A stretch of DNA of 64,000 bases from Nageia nagi (taxonomy: Eukaryota > Plantae > Pinophyta): NCBI GenBank assembly GCA_050084985.1, contig JBITNC010000001.1, positions 102,982,001 through 103,046,000 on the forward strand, in the 5' to 3' direction. The notes under the pieces are model-generated. The model saw only the letters and a program-made list of their open reading frames with translations, searched no databases and was not told the origin of the DNA. The translations under genes were made by a program, and so were the position numbers. Below are positions 26,040-38,458 of the stretch, in pieces (the first letter of the stretch is position 1; each line of letters starts with the position of its first letter).

Positions 26040-27150
26040 TGTAATGTTCCAAATTATTCCTTGTCCCAAAATTATTAGACAATTAAGCAAAATATGCCGA
26101 CACAAGCAATAATGGAGGAGAAATGCCAATGTCTCAATATTAAGCATGAAATGTGTAAGTTACAACCAAATAGGCCGAAGAGGGCTAACGTATGGCTCAA
26201 GGGACTAGATGTAGGGCATACACTCTCCAAATGTTGATGTCGGGCCTTCAGCCCTCGGATCTAACTACGACATTGGATTGGACTAAGGGTTTGCGTCCTC
26301 AGCCAATAGCCTAGTGAGGGCTATTTCCCCCTATGCTATTCTCCCACAATTGGTTTGCATCCAATGAGAGGCCCAAGAGATGTCACTGCCACTCCGAAGA
26401 TAGAAGATATCAAACAATGCACAAGATGCTTTTCCAATCTTGCGCCAAGCATATATATAGGTGATGCCTCATTGTAGACTCCTAGATCACACCTAGGGAT
26501 CCACAAGGGTGTGGCGTCTCATTCCATGCCCACGAACTAGCCTTAGGATCATAATAACTCAAGGGCCCTCCTCTAATCCATGTGTACACCTCTAATCATG
26601 CGTTGGGGTCTTGGGATCCCCACCATCACACTTAAATGCTAATTATGCTCCTAATCTATCCTTAGGAGGAGACGTCCCACTTTGGGGCCAACAATTGGTC
26701 CATGAGACCCATATGTCTCCTATTTTAAGTTACAATGATGCCTAAGTGCATATGCAATAAATAGATAAACACTCCTAATTACAAAAGTACCCCTACAGGG
26801 ACGACTCCTAGAAGGGGACGTTACAATCCTCCCTTCCCTAATTGCTTGACCCCAAGCAATGCAAGATTGTTGCATACCATCAACTCTGCAACGTGATGAA
26901 GGTTTGTCTTCAACATGTCATTGGCAACATCAGGATTCATACATGTTGTCACTGAGTTCTGAAGTACCATCTTTGTCATGTTGTCTTTATTAATCATGTT
27001 CTTCATATGGGTATATATGAAATCTACTAACTCATATTTGGCTTCCATGTTAACATATATGAAATCTACTAACTCATGTTTAGATTCCATACAAGGATCT
27101 AAAAAATATACTAACTCATGATTCCTGTACTTGGCTTTGATGTAGTGCTA
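26040..27150 (-). mobile_element. Truncated gypsy 3' end: LTR 26040-26825 preceded by PPT and a short internal remnant
   Basis: Minus TGTAACGTCCCC...GGAACATTACA, preceded by AGGGAAGGGAGGAT (PPT). Internal ~42-bp repeats (ELVDFIY). It replaces part of the old copia RT; no TSD. Confidence 0.7.
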
Positions 27151-29440
27151 CTTGCAATATGAAACTGCAAGGGAAGTAATGACTCTTGTCCCTAGCTCCC
27201 TACCACCCACAAAGCACACAATCCTCCAACATTTGAATAAGGAGAATACTTATTTGCACATTTTTGTGGATGTGCAAATCTTCTAACCCAATGATTTGTT
27301 GGGTGTGGCTCTTGATCTTGTGATTGTTGAGGTTGTTGAACTTGCTGATTTGCATGTTGATCAAAAGCCTCAACATGCTCATATTCACTCTGGTCTTTGC
27401 TCATATCCACTTCAATAGGCACACCCTTAGGTGTTTGTTGTACCTCCTTCCTTTGCATGGATTTTTCATCAACAATAACATCTAGACTGATAATTACCTT
27501 GCAAGTAGTAGGATCCTATAGTTTATATTCCTTTATTGCATTTTCATTGCTGAGAAAACACATATCTTTGGTTGAGGGTCAAGTTTGGACCTTTTTTCTT
27601 TACGCACATGGGCAAATGCATCCCAACCAAAAGTATAAAAACGAGAGTAATCAACTGGATTACCATGCCAAACCTCCTTTGGAATTTGTCCGTCTAATGC
27701 ATCTCTGGATGACCTATTAATAAAGTAAGCAAATGTTTAATAGCCTTTGCCTAGTTGGGCAAGCTTCTCGCATGTTCCATGATTGTGCAATTCACCCGCT
27801 CAGCCACACTATTATGTTGTGGAGTATATGACACAGTCTTTTGGTGCTTAATTTCTTGTTTCTTGCAAAGTTCATCAAACTTCTTGGAACAATCTTCTCC
27901 CAAATTATTTGACCCGAGACATAAATAGATTTGCCTAAACTTTTCTCTAGTTGTGCCTTAAAACTCTTTAAATTTCTCAAAAGCTTCGTCCTTTCTTGTC
28001 AGAAAATGAACCCACGCTCTTCTAGAATAATCATCTATAAATGTCAGAAAACATCTAGTATCATTTATGGACTGAGTGGGGATAGGTCCAAAATTTAAAT
28101 ATATTAGAATGTATAAGTTGCTGAAAATCAAAACTTTTACTAGAGCTTGTAGGTAAATTGAACCCTCTTTTGTTTACCAAGAATACAATGCTCTCACAAG
28201 TTCGAAATACAAGACTTAATAGTTAATTCCAAAAAGCATATCTTGATCACGTAGGATTTTCAATTCTTTTTCATTTATATGCCTTAGATGTTGATGCCAT
28301 AGCGTCATTATATCCTAAGCATTACTTGAAATTGTTATTGCATGGTTTGTCACCATATCACTGCACAAATGATATAGGGTTCCATAGGATTCTTTTTTGC
28401 CATTACTAAAGTTCCTTTGGTAATCTTGCAATAATTGTTACCGAAGGGAGTAGATATCCAAACTTATCCATCATCTTGATTGAGAGCAAATTCTTCTGCA
28501 AACTAGGCACATGTTGCACATCACACAACATCCTTTCTCTACAATCGTCCAACCTGATCTTAATGTATCCCCTTCCCACAATTTCTAAAGAATGATGATC
28601 CCTAGGTAGACCATCCCACCATCATAGGATTGATATTTAACAAACCAACAAACACTATGTGGAGACATGTGGAAAGATGCACTTGAGTCCAAAACCTAGG
28701 TATCTGAAACAAATATGTTGTTACTAGTACAAAAGGCCTCACATGTTGCTATTTGTATTGTACTAGCCTCAAGTGATGGTTGATTATGCTTTTTACCATT
28801 CTTTTCCTTATTCAGCTGCCAACAATCCTTTTTCGAGTGTTCTGGCTTCTCATAGAGTCAACACTTCCCTTTCTGTTTGTGTCATTTTGACTTAGATCTT
28901 GACTGTGATTTAGCTTATTGACTCCTCTTGTAAGATTGACCTCTTACAACTAGGGCTTCATTGGTTGAGGGTTCTAGAAACATTTTCTACCTTAACTCTT
29001 CTCTCAACAAAGCAACTACCAAATCACCAATGTTTAAAGTTCCAGATGACGCATTGCTAACGGTCATCACCAAATGCTCCCAGGTGTTTGGGAGGGAACA
29101 AAGTAGAGTGATTGCTCTAGCCTCTTCATCCATCTTCACACTAACAAAAAACAATTTATTGATCAGAGTATTAAACTCATTTTGATGATTTACCATAGTC
29201 GAGCCCTCATTCATCTTCAAACTATTTTTCAAGAGAACTTTATTGTTGTTATTTTAGTCTCATACAACTTTTCAAGTTTATCCCAAAGGGCTTCTGCAGT
29301 CTTTTCTTTAGTAACATTGAATAGGACAAAGTCTACTAGGCATAGATGAATTGTAGAAATTGTCTTCCTGTCCAGCTTTGCCCACTTCTCATCTATTCAC
29401 TTATTCACAACCCCTTTCAAGGCTAGGACTTGGTCATTTT

Positions 29441-29986
29441 TGTTAGGATTTAATAAGTTTATATAAGCAAGAGCATCAGTAATTCTCTTACTCCTTAGCA
29501 AAAGAAACAACATTTAAAGCATACTACTGAAATCAAATAACCATGAACATCAATCACACAAAGAGAGACACAAGAGATAACGTGGTTCACCCAATGTAGG
29601 CTACATCCACGGAGAAGCTTTCAACCCTTTTGCATATCATTCTTCAAAGTCCTCCAAGCAACAAACCAGCAGCATAACCTTGCTACAATCTTCACTTTGG
29701 AGTTACAACAAAACCTCACTACAATCTCTCTCTCTCAACAATCACAATCTACTTCACAATTGCTGTCAAAACTACAATAATGCATGCCTCAACTCAAGCC
29801 TCTTATTTATAGGTACAAACTAACCCAACTTAAACCCAAGTTGGATCAGGAAGGTCGTTAGGTAACCCCCAACCCTTCTATAACTGATAACCAGGTGTCA
29901 TGGCTTCTTGGCAACTGAAATTTGGTGTTAAACAAAAAGAAACTGCTCTCTGTTTTCTAACCGGTTGTAGTCTCCATTTTCTAACA
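29441..29986 (-). repeat. 3' LTR of the young copia
   Basis: Direct repeat of 34003-34548; adjoins the PPT. Confidence 0.97.
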
Positions 29987-30046
29987 ATCTCCCACTTGGA
30001 GACTTCTTCCTCTGCAACAAGGGTCAAAAGCTTCTCATCTTGGCCT

Positions 30047-33000
30047 TTACTCCTTAAGACCAATCCAAGTTGAGCAAGAGCCCAACTTCTCCTTTGTAAC
30101 AACTTTAGTGAACATGTCCGCAGGATTTTGAGACGTGTGAATCTTCCCCAAACTGACTGAACCATCCTCCAACGTTGTCCTGATGAAGTGGTACCTCAAT
30201 TTGATGTGCTTGGTTCTCGAATGGTAGGCTGAGTTCTTTGCAAGATGAATAGCACTCTGGCTATCGCTCCATAGCTTTGCATCCTCCTGCACCTTTCCCA
30301 GTTCCTCCATCAATCTCTTCAACCAAATCAATTCTTTACTTGCCTCCGTGATCGCAACATACTCTGCCTCAGTAGTAGAGAGAGCCACAACCTGTTGGAG
30401 CTTTGAATTCCAACTCACCGCTGTACCTCCAATGGTAAACACATATCCTGTAGTGCTTCTCCCACCATTTATATCACTTGCCATGTCAGAATCAACATAA
30501 CCTTGCAAACAAGAGTTAGATCCACCAAAACATAAAGAGTAATGAGAAGTACTCCTTAAATACCTAAGGATCCATTTAACTGCTTCCCAATGTCCTTTTC
30601 CTGGATTATTCATGAATCTACTAACCACTCCCACTGCTTGTGCTATATCTGGTCTAGTGCACACCATTGCATACATTAAACTCCCAACCGCCGAAGCATA
30701 GGGAACTTTAGTCATGTACTCCTTTTCCTTATCTGTCTTAGGACTTAAATGTTTGGTGAGTTTAAAATGCTTTGCCAATGGTGTAGTTACAGATTTTGCA
30801 TTATTCATATTGAACCTTTTAAGAACCTTATCAATATAATCTTCTTGACTTAGTCTAAGCAAGTGGTTTTGTTTATCTCTTGTTATTTTCATTCCAAGTA
30901 TTTGTTTAGCTTCACCCAAATCCTTCATTTCAAAAGTATTAGCCAACTTTTCCTTAAGATCAACAATATCTTGCATACTAGATCCTGCTACCAACATATC
31001 ATCCACATATAAAAGCAAGATTACATAGTTGCCATTTGTTGTCTTCTTTACATACACACAATGATCAGATTGACATCTTACAAATTTATTTATTATCATG
31101 AAAGTGTCAAACTTATGATACCATTGCCTAGGTGCTTGCTTCAAACCGTACAAGCTCTTTTCCAATTTACATACATACCCTTCTTTACCTTTGACCTCAA
31201 AACCTTCGGGTTGATGCATATAAATATCCTCCTCCAAATCCCCATGAAGGAAAGCTGTCTTTACATCCAATTGTTCAAGAAACAAGTTTTCAGTAGCAAC
31301 AAGACTCAATATTGCTCTAATCAAGGTCATTTTAACAACTGGAGAAAAGATCTCATTATAATCTATACCTTTTTTCTATTCAAAACCTTTTACCACAAGT
31401 CTTGCCTTGTACGTTTGTCGCCCATCTACCTCTTCCTTTATCCTGTACACCCATTTGTTAGTAAGTGCCTTCTTACCCTCTGGAAGCTCAACCAAACTCC
31501 AAGTTTGATTCTTAAGTAAGGAGTCCATCTCCTCCTTCATAGCATGCTCCCACTTAATCTGTGTATCACCCTGCATAGCTTCATCAAAACATTCAGGTTC
31601 ACCACCATCAGTATAAAGAATATGATAAAGAGCAGGAGAATATCGTTTAGGAGGATTTCTAGTCCTTGAGGACCTTCTAAGTGACAAAGTTTGAGGTGTT
31701 TGTGGTGGAGGTGCTTGAACATTATTATTATCAGGACCCTTATATTGATCAACATCTTCTAGAGATACAAACTTGGGTTCCTCAACATTTTGCAATCTAT
31801 CTTTATACATGCTTTTCTCATTGAATACAACATCTCTACTTCTAATGATTTTATGGTTATCAACATCCCATAACCTATATCCCAAATCATTAACACCATA
31901 TCCAACAAAATAGCATTTTTGTGATTTTGCATCAAGTTTCTTTCTATCCTCTTTATCAACATGTGCAAAAGCCTCACAACCAAAGACTCTCAAGAATGAG
32001 TAATTCACCTTTTTACCTGTCCACATCTCCTCTGGAATGCCTCCATCTAAAGCCATAGATGGACCCCTGTTAATCAAGTAAACAGCAGTGTCAATAGCAT
32101 CAGCCCAAAGATTCAAAGGAAACCCAGCATGTATCCTCATACTTCTAGCCCTTTCTAAGATAGTCCTATTCATTCTTTCTGCAACCCCATTTTCCTGTGG
32201 AGTTCTAGGGACCACCTTAATCCTTCTAATGCCATTGTGTGAACAAAATGAATCAAACTCATTATTGTAAAATTCCCCACCATTATCGGACTTAAGACAT
32301 TTCAACTTAGAATTAGTTTCATTCTCAACCAATGCCTTCCACCTCTTAAATGTTTCAAACACATCAGATTTCTTTTTAATACAGTATACCCATGTCTTTC
32401 TAGTACAATCATCAATAAAAGTGACAAAATAAGATGAGCCTCCAAGTGAGCAAACCTGTGCAGGACCCCACACATCTGTATGAACAAGCTCTAATTTGTG
32501 ACTCTTCTTTTCTTTGCCAACTTTAAGAAAATTAACCCTTTTTTGTTTTCCATACACACAATCTTCACAAAATCCTAAATCAGCTTCTTTAAGATTAGGG
32601 AGTGAACCATTAGAGTGTAACATTTTCATACCTTTCTCACTCATATGTCCAAGTCTATTATGCCATAGTGATGTATCATTGCCTATTGAAACAAGATTCA
32701 ATGAATAATCAAAGACATTTGTGAGCAAATAAAGAGACCCCACCAAATTTCCCTTTGCAAATACCATTGAACCTTTAGTTACTTTCCAACTAGCATCCCC
32801 GAATGTCATCACATAGCCCTCCTTATCCAATTTACTTGTTGATATAAGATTTCTTTTAAGATCCGGAATGTGTCTAGCTTCATTAAGAGTCCATTGTGTT
32901 CCATTAGGTAATTTCATTGTTATATTGCCAATACCAACAATCTTGCATGGGTGTTCATTACCTAATAATACTTGACCAAAGTCACCATGTGTGTAATTTG

Positions 33001-33924
33001 AAAAATAGTTCTTATGTGGAGTAGCATGATATGAAGCACCGAATCAAGAACCCAATAATCATCATTCTTTTCATTAGACATGATTAAAGCATCTTGAATT
33101 AATTCACCAACAATATTTGCCTCTTGGTTACTTGTGCTTTCATTATTATAATTACTACTTTCACTTTCTTTTCCTTTTCTATTCCAACAATCCCTTTTAA
33201 TGTGACCTTTTTTACCACAATGCCAACATTCCAATTTAGTTTTACCTTTTGATTTTGACCTTCCTTGCGATTTGCTTCTTGACTTGCTTCTCCTTCTTTC
33301 CTTTGATCTTCCTCTTGCCTCTACTGTGAGAGCAGCATTGGAGCATTCTCCCGTGGACTTTCTCCTCATGTCCTCACTAAGAATTGTTCCAACAACTTCA
33401 TCAAAGACCAATTTTGCATTAGAAGAAGAATTACTAACAGCCATAACAAAGCTATTCCAACTATCTGGAAGTGAACATAGAATTAACAAAGCTCTTACTT
33501 CATCTTCAAATTCTATTTTTACTGAAGTTAATTGATTTGTGACTGTGTTAAATTCATTAACATGGTCTTGAACTGAACTACCTTCATTCATCTTCATGTT
33601 AAACAATTTCTTCATTAAGTATACTTTGTTTGAGGCAGATGGTTTTTCATACATTTTAGCAAGCTTATCCATTACACCTTTAGTAGTTTTTTCATTGGAA
33701 ATATTGAAAGCTACACTAGAACTTAAACAAAGTCTTACAGCTCCCAAAGCCTTTCTATCCAACAAGTTCCATTCTTCATCACTCATAGAAGTGGGTTTCT
33801 TACTCTTATCTTCTAGAGGTTGATAGAGATCCTTTTGGTAGAGGTAGTCTTCCATTTGCATTTTCCAAAACTGAAAACCTTGCCCATTAAATCTTTCCAC
33901 CTTCAGCCTCCCTTCTTCTGCCAT
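30047..33924 (-). pseudogene. Copia gag-pol polyprotein (gag, CCHC knuckle, protease, integrase, RT, RNase H) with one frameshift and one stop
   Basis: CWHCGKKGHIKRDC; WVLDS(G)ASYH with a 1-nt loss near 33040; LWHNRLGH, VHTDVWGP, SDNGGEF, PQENGVAERMNRT; in-frame TAG at 31376-31378 in KARLVVKGFE*KKGIDY; QLDVKTAFLHG, LYVDDML, STTEAEY. Confidence 0.96.
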
Positions 33925-34002
33925 AGTGCTCTTCCTGGTTTCTAATCTACACACAAGATTCACCAACAAAATCCCAACACAACAACAAGCTCTGATACCA
34001 CT

Positions 34003-34548
34003 TGTTAGGATTTAATAAGTTTATATAAGCAAGAGCATCAGTAATTCTCTTACTCCTTAGCAAAAGAAACAACATTCAAAGCATACTACTGAAATCAAAT
34101 AACCATGAACATCAATCACACAAAGAGAGACACAAGAGATAACGTGGTTCACCCAATGTAGGCTACATCCACGGAGAAGCTTTCAACCCTTTTGCATATC
34201 ATTCTTCAAAGTCCTCCAAGCAACAAACCAGCAGCATAACCTTGCTACAATCTTCACTTTGGAGTTACAACAAAACCTCACTACAATCTCTCTCTCTCAA
34301 CAATCACAATCTACTTCACAATTGCTGTCAAAACTACAATAATGCATGCCTCAACTCAAGCCTCTTATTTATAGGTACAAACTAACCCAACTTAAACCCA
34401 AGTTGGATCAGGAAGGTCGTTAGGTAACCCCCAACCCTTCTATAACTGATAACCAGGTGTCATGGCTTCTTGGCAACTGAAATTTGGTGTTAAACAGAAA
34501 GAAACTGCTCTCTGTTTTCTAACCGGTTGTAGTCTCCATTTTCTAACA
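34003..34548 (-). repeat. 5' LTR of the young copia
   Basis: Direct repeat of 29441-29986; adjoins the PBS. Confidence 0.97.
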
Positions 34549-34677
34549 ATTTTGAACCAACAGATCCTCCACCTTCTCAATCTCGAACTTGGTTACACCT
34601 TCTATAATTGGTATAGCTCCAATTCACACAAAACCCTAAACCAACAAATTTCAAGAGAACCTCACTTTGTTACCAGA

Positions 34678-35157
34678 TGTTAAAAAATAACAAACAATCA
34701 AGCTGAAAACAGTAACTGAAATAATAAACAGAAATAACATGAAAGATTTTATGTGGCTGTGTGCAAGGAAAAACCATGGGCCAATGGTAGCTTATATTCC
34801 TGTATTATCTAGGAAGAACTCTTCACTTTCAACTGGGTTTTATAGCCTCCAATCCTCTATCTTTACACCCTACTCTACACCCTAAATTTAGCTCCTCAAA
34901 GATAGGGCCTAAATTTAACATAGGTCCTAAATTTAGCATAACTGGCATATAATAGAACTTTACATGCACACACATGCATGCTCATATTTGCACATGCATT
35001 CTCATCCAGCAAACATGCATCTACATGCATGCACACATAAGCATGTTCATATATTGTTCATGCATGCACATGCATACTCATCCATCATACATGCATGCAC
35101 ACCGATGCATACTCATCTATGATGCATGCACACACATGCATGCATTAATAATTAACA
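34678..35157 (-). repeat. Probable 5' LTR of the old copia, with a CATGCA-rich U3 region
   Basis: TGTTAA...TTAACA termini next to the degenerate PBS; minus-strand TATA (CTATAAAA ~34838-34845); about 14 CATGCA in 34960-35146. Confidence 0.65.
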
Positions 35158-37809
35158 TAACTTTACAAGTGTATAACACATATTTACAGAGTTATCAGCC
35201 CTCTTGTTTGAGTATTCTTTCTTGAGTGTGGCTTGAGTTTACAACCATTGAGTTGGAGTTTCTCCTCCAGCTCTTCAATGTTCTTACACAAGTACTTGTT
35301 CTTCTTGAGCAGCTGCTGATTGTTTACCTAATAATTCTGAAACTGCAGTCTTCTCCTCTTGGATCAATCCTTGCCTTATTCCTTTTCTCACAACTCTTAT
35401 AGCATGAGAGATTTTAGTAACTTTTTTGGATAGGTGTCTATGAAGAAAATTTTGTTTGGCTGTTTAGCCAAAAAATTATGCCTCAATTGGTGATTTATGT
35501 GATATAAATTTATAAAATACATTGGTTTTTTAAAGATCAACAGAGACAAAATTTGAAGAGACCATGGCAATTCATCAATTATACTACTGGCAGTGGTTCA
35601 AGAGCCTTTTCTTTGAGTTATGGAAGGCCTGTCTCCATGTTACATTTTTATACTTGTACATTTTGCAGGTTGAAATAGGAAAAATCTTGTAGAGATTTGA
35701 TCTTGGGTCTTTCGTGTTGCAAATCCCCCAAAATACCACTAGCTCACAGCCTAACAGGCTATTAATTTTATGTACTAGTGAAAACTTGAGCACTTTCTGC
35801 AGGTGTTCTCATGATGAGCCTCACATTACATAATCAAACATTGGAGAACTTGCATGTTTTCATTTTGATTAAACATTAAGTTACAAATTGACTTATAATG
35901 TGTCTCCTAGGTATTTGAACTTGGGTCTTTTGTGCATCAAATGCCTTAGAATTCCACTGGACGAGAGCTGAACAGGCTATTAATGTTGTCAGTCGTGAAT
36001 ACCCAAGCACTTCTGCAAATGTTGCAATTGCACGTTTTGCATCATCAATAGTGGAGAACTTGCACATTTGCATATTGACTAAACAACACTTTGTTGCTGT
36101 AATGTTCTAAACTATGGAAAACATAGAAATACTCAAAATAATTGCAATTCCACACAACTTCATGCATCAATATTCCAGATCTATACAATTTGTGCCCTAG
36201 ATCTCAGATCTGAAGTAATTACTGGAAAATAATTGCAGAAAATCATAGAAATTGCAGATCCACACAATTTATACTCTAGTATTTCAGATCTGAAATAAAT
36301 ACTATAAACTCATGCAAATATGTCACAGAAAATTCAGTTCCAAGTGAATTGCAGTTTTATTGACCAAGAGAAACTCATACAATCATCAAATGAGCACCAA
36401 TGATGCCCTAGAGGGTGTACATCCCTCCTCGAGACTGAAATAGCTGGATCTAAGTGCTCAAAGCTTGATCTGAAACTCTCCAAGACTAGACGTCCCACTT
36501 GGAAGGCTCAAACTGAATGCAAGATGCACCCAAAATACCTCCTAAAGCTGTGCTCTACCTTGGACTGCCTAATCTTCAGATCTGATGCACAAGATTGTCC
36601 ACAAATCTCCAATCCTCCACAATGAAGCTCAAATGTGAACCTTGAATGGATTCACCGATGGAGAACTCAAGGGTTTTTCTCCTCAAGCCCTCAAAGTCAA
36701 GAGGGTTTTTCGCCCTCAAGACCTCTCTTGGAGGTTTTAATCCACAAGAGAAATTTACAACCATTGAGTTGGAGTTTCTCCTCCAACTCTTCAATGTTCT
36801 CACACAAGTACTTGTTCTTCTTGAGCAGCTGCTGATTGTTTATCCAACAATTCTGAAACTGCAGTCTCTTCCTCTTGGATCAATCCTTGCCTTTTTCCTT
36901 TTCTCACAACTCTTATGGCATGAGAAATTTTGGTAACTACAGGGGTTTAATTAGAGTGACTAGGGAGTTTTCTTCTTTTTCTAAACTTGAAAGAGGGTAG
37001 CAGTGGCATAATGTTGATGTACATGTTTTGAAAATAATACATCAATAAAGCCTCAAATTCCTAGGATGAAAACATTGCATATTGTTTGCTTTTCAAAAGT
37101 TGCATGTCAAAATTTATTAACGTATCTTGAAGTTAGGTTGATTGGTAAGGGGTTTTTAATGTATCTGGATAGGTGTCTATGAAGAAAATTTTGTTTGGCT
37201 GTTTAGCCAAAAAACTATACCTCAATTGGTGATTTATGTGATATAAATTTAAAAAATACATTGGTTTTTTAAAGATCAACAGAGACAATTTGAAGAGACC
37301 ATGGCAATTCATCAATTATACTACTGGCAGTGGTTAAAGAGCCTTTTCTTTTAGTTATGGAAGGCCTCTCTCCATATTACATTTTTATACTTGTACATTT
37401 TGCAGGTTGAAATAGGAAGAATCTTGTAGAGATTTGATCTTGGGTTTTTTGTGTTGCAAATCCCCCAAAATACCATTAGCTCACAGCCTAACGGGCTATC
37501 AATTTTATGTACTAGTGAAAACTTGAGCACTTTTTGCAGGTGTTCTCATGGTGAGCCTCACATTGCATAATCAAATATTGGAGAACTTGCATGTTTTCAT
37601 TTTGATTAATGTGACGTCCCATTTGGACCATTGACAAAATGTCTCTGCGGACTCCATTGTGAGCCTAGTAATGGGACGTCTCCCCTTGAGTAGTGTTGTG
37701 TTAACTTGTAATGGGTTATCCCAGATTGTGGGAATCCCTAGATAGGCATGAGTCTTGTATAGTCCAGAGGTGCATAGAGGAGCATACTAGCGTTGGGAGG
37801 GCCCCACAT

Positions 37810-38060
37810 ACCCCACGTTGGCTTATGAGGCCACTTAGACCCCACGTCAGCTCAAGGAGGCTCATTAGACTCAATGTCAGCCTTGAGGGCCTTTATGACT
37901 CCCACGTTGGCTCATTGAGCTCATGGGACCTACATGTTAGCATACTAGGCCAATATAACCCCCACGTTGGCACACTGAGCCCATGGGATCCCCACGTTAG
38001 CATACTGGACCAATATGGCCCCCACGTTGGTATGGTTGACGTGTTGACCCCAACGTTGGA
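37810..38060. repeat. ~30-bp tandem array with CCCACGTT(G/A)G cores inside the LTR
   Basis: Cores at ~37813, 37841, 37871, 37901, 37931, 37961, 37991, 38021 and 38051; later units alternate as a 60-bp dimer. Confidence 0.85.
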
Positions 38061-38458
38061 ATAGACGTGGCTTGGGATGATAACGAGGCATGATGGCTAG
38101 AGATGTGAGGCTATATATTGAGGATGGAGCTCCATGATGGGGTTAGCTATTGATTATATTTCTTCTATACTGAACAAGATCGGGCATACAAGTCTTTGTG
38201 GTGTTGAGCATTATTCCTAGATGGCATCTAGAGGAGTGACAAGGTTGGGAGCCTGGCATTCTACGACTTAGGTGGGTCACCTAGTCCATCTGGTGGTATT
38301 CCGAGGGTGAGCTTCTACCTTTAGTGGTCGCCAGGGTTTGAGGAGGCTCCTTCATAGGAGAGGATTCAATGTTTGAGGGAGTTATTCTTTCCTGTGGTGT
38401 TCGACTTGTACAAGGGTTTGGAACCCTAGATTTGGATGTTGTGATCCTCATTGTACTC

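Larger units (their letters stand above)
29441..34548 (-). mobile_element. Young full-length Ty1/copia LTR retrotransposon (Tnt1/Tork-like), 5108 bp
   Basis: 546-bp LTRs at 29441-29986 and 34003-34548 (TG..CA, 2 differences seen). TSD ATTTT (29436-29440 / 34549-34553). PBS TGGTATCAGAGC (33989-34000, tRNA-iMet). PPT AAGTGGGAGAT (29987-29997). Confidence 0.98.
20125..35157 (-). mobile_element. Old, degraded Ty1/copia (Tnt1/Tork-like) hosting several later insertions; 3' LTR lost
   Basis: Domain remnants in copia order on minus: 5' LTR ~34678-35157, degenerate PBS ~34664-34675, gag (KVEDLLVQN|DQVLALKG across the young insertion; 28987-29232), zinc knuckle/protease ~28650-28870, integrase ~27400-28300, RT ~25780-26039, RNase H 25523-25730 and 20125-20199 (NPTFHDYIKYIRIQYHFIENLVEEG). 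Confidence 0.85.

Noticed and set aside
31376-31378. Programmed readthrough or frameshift in the young copia
   Set aside because: The stop falls inside a conserved RT motif and the indel inside the protease active-site motif; Tnt1-like elements use a single ORF, so these are lesions or errors.
34974-35225. His/Met/Cys-rich ORF as a metal-binding protein
   Set aside because: Translation artefact of the CATGCA low-complexity tract.
37012-37047. TGTTGATGTA...TACATCAATA as a mini-element
   Set aside because: No TSD; more likely a fragment of an LTR terminus.
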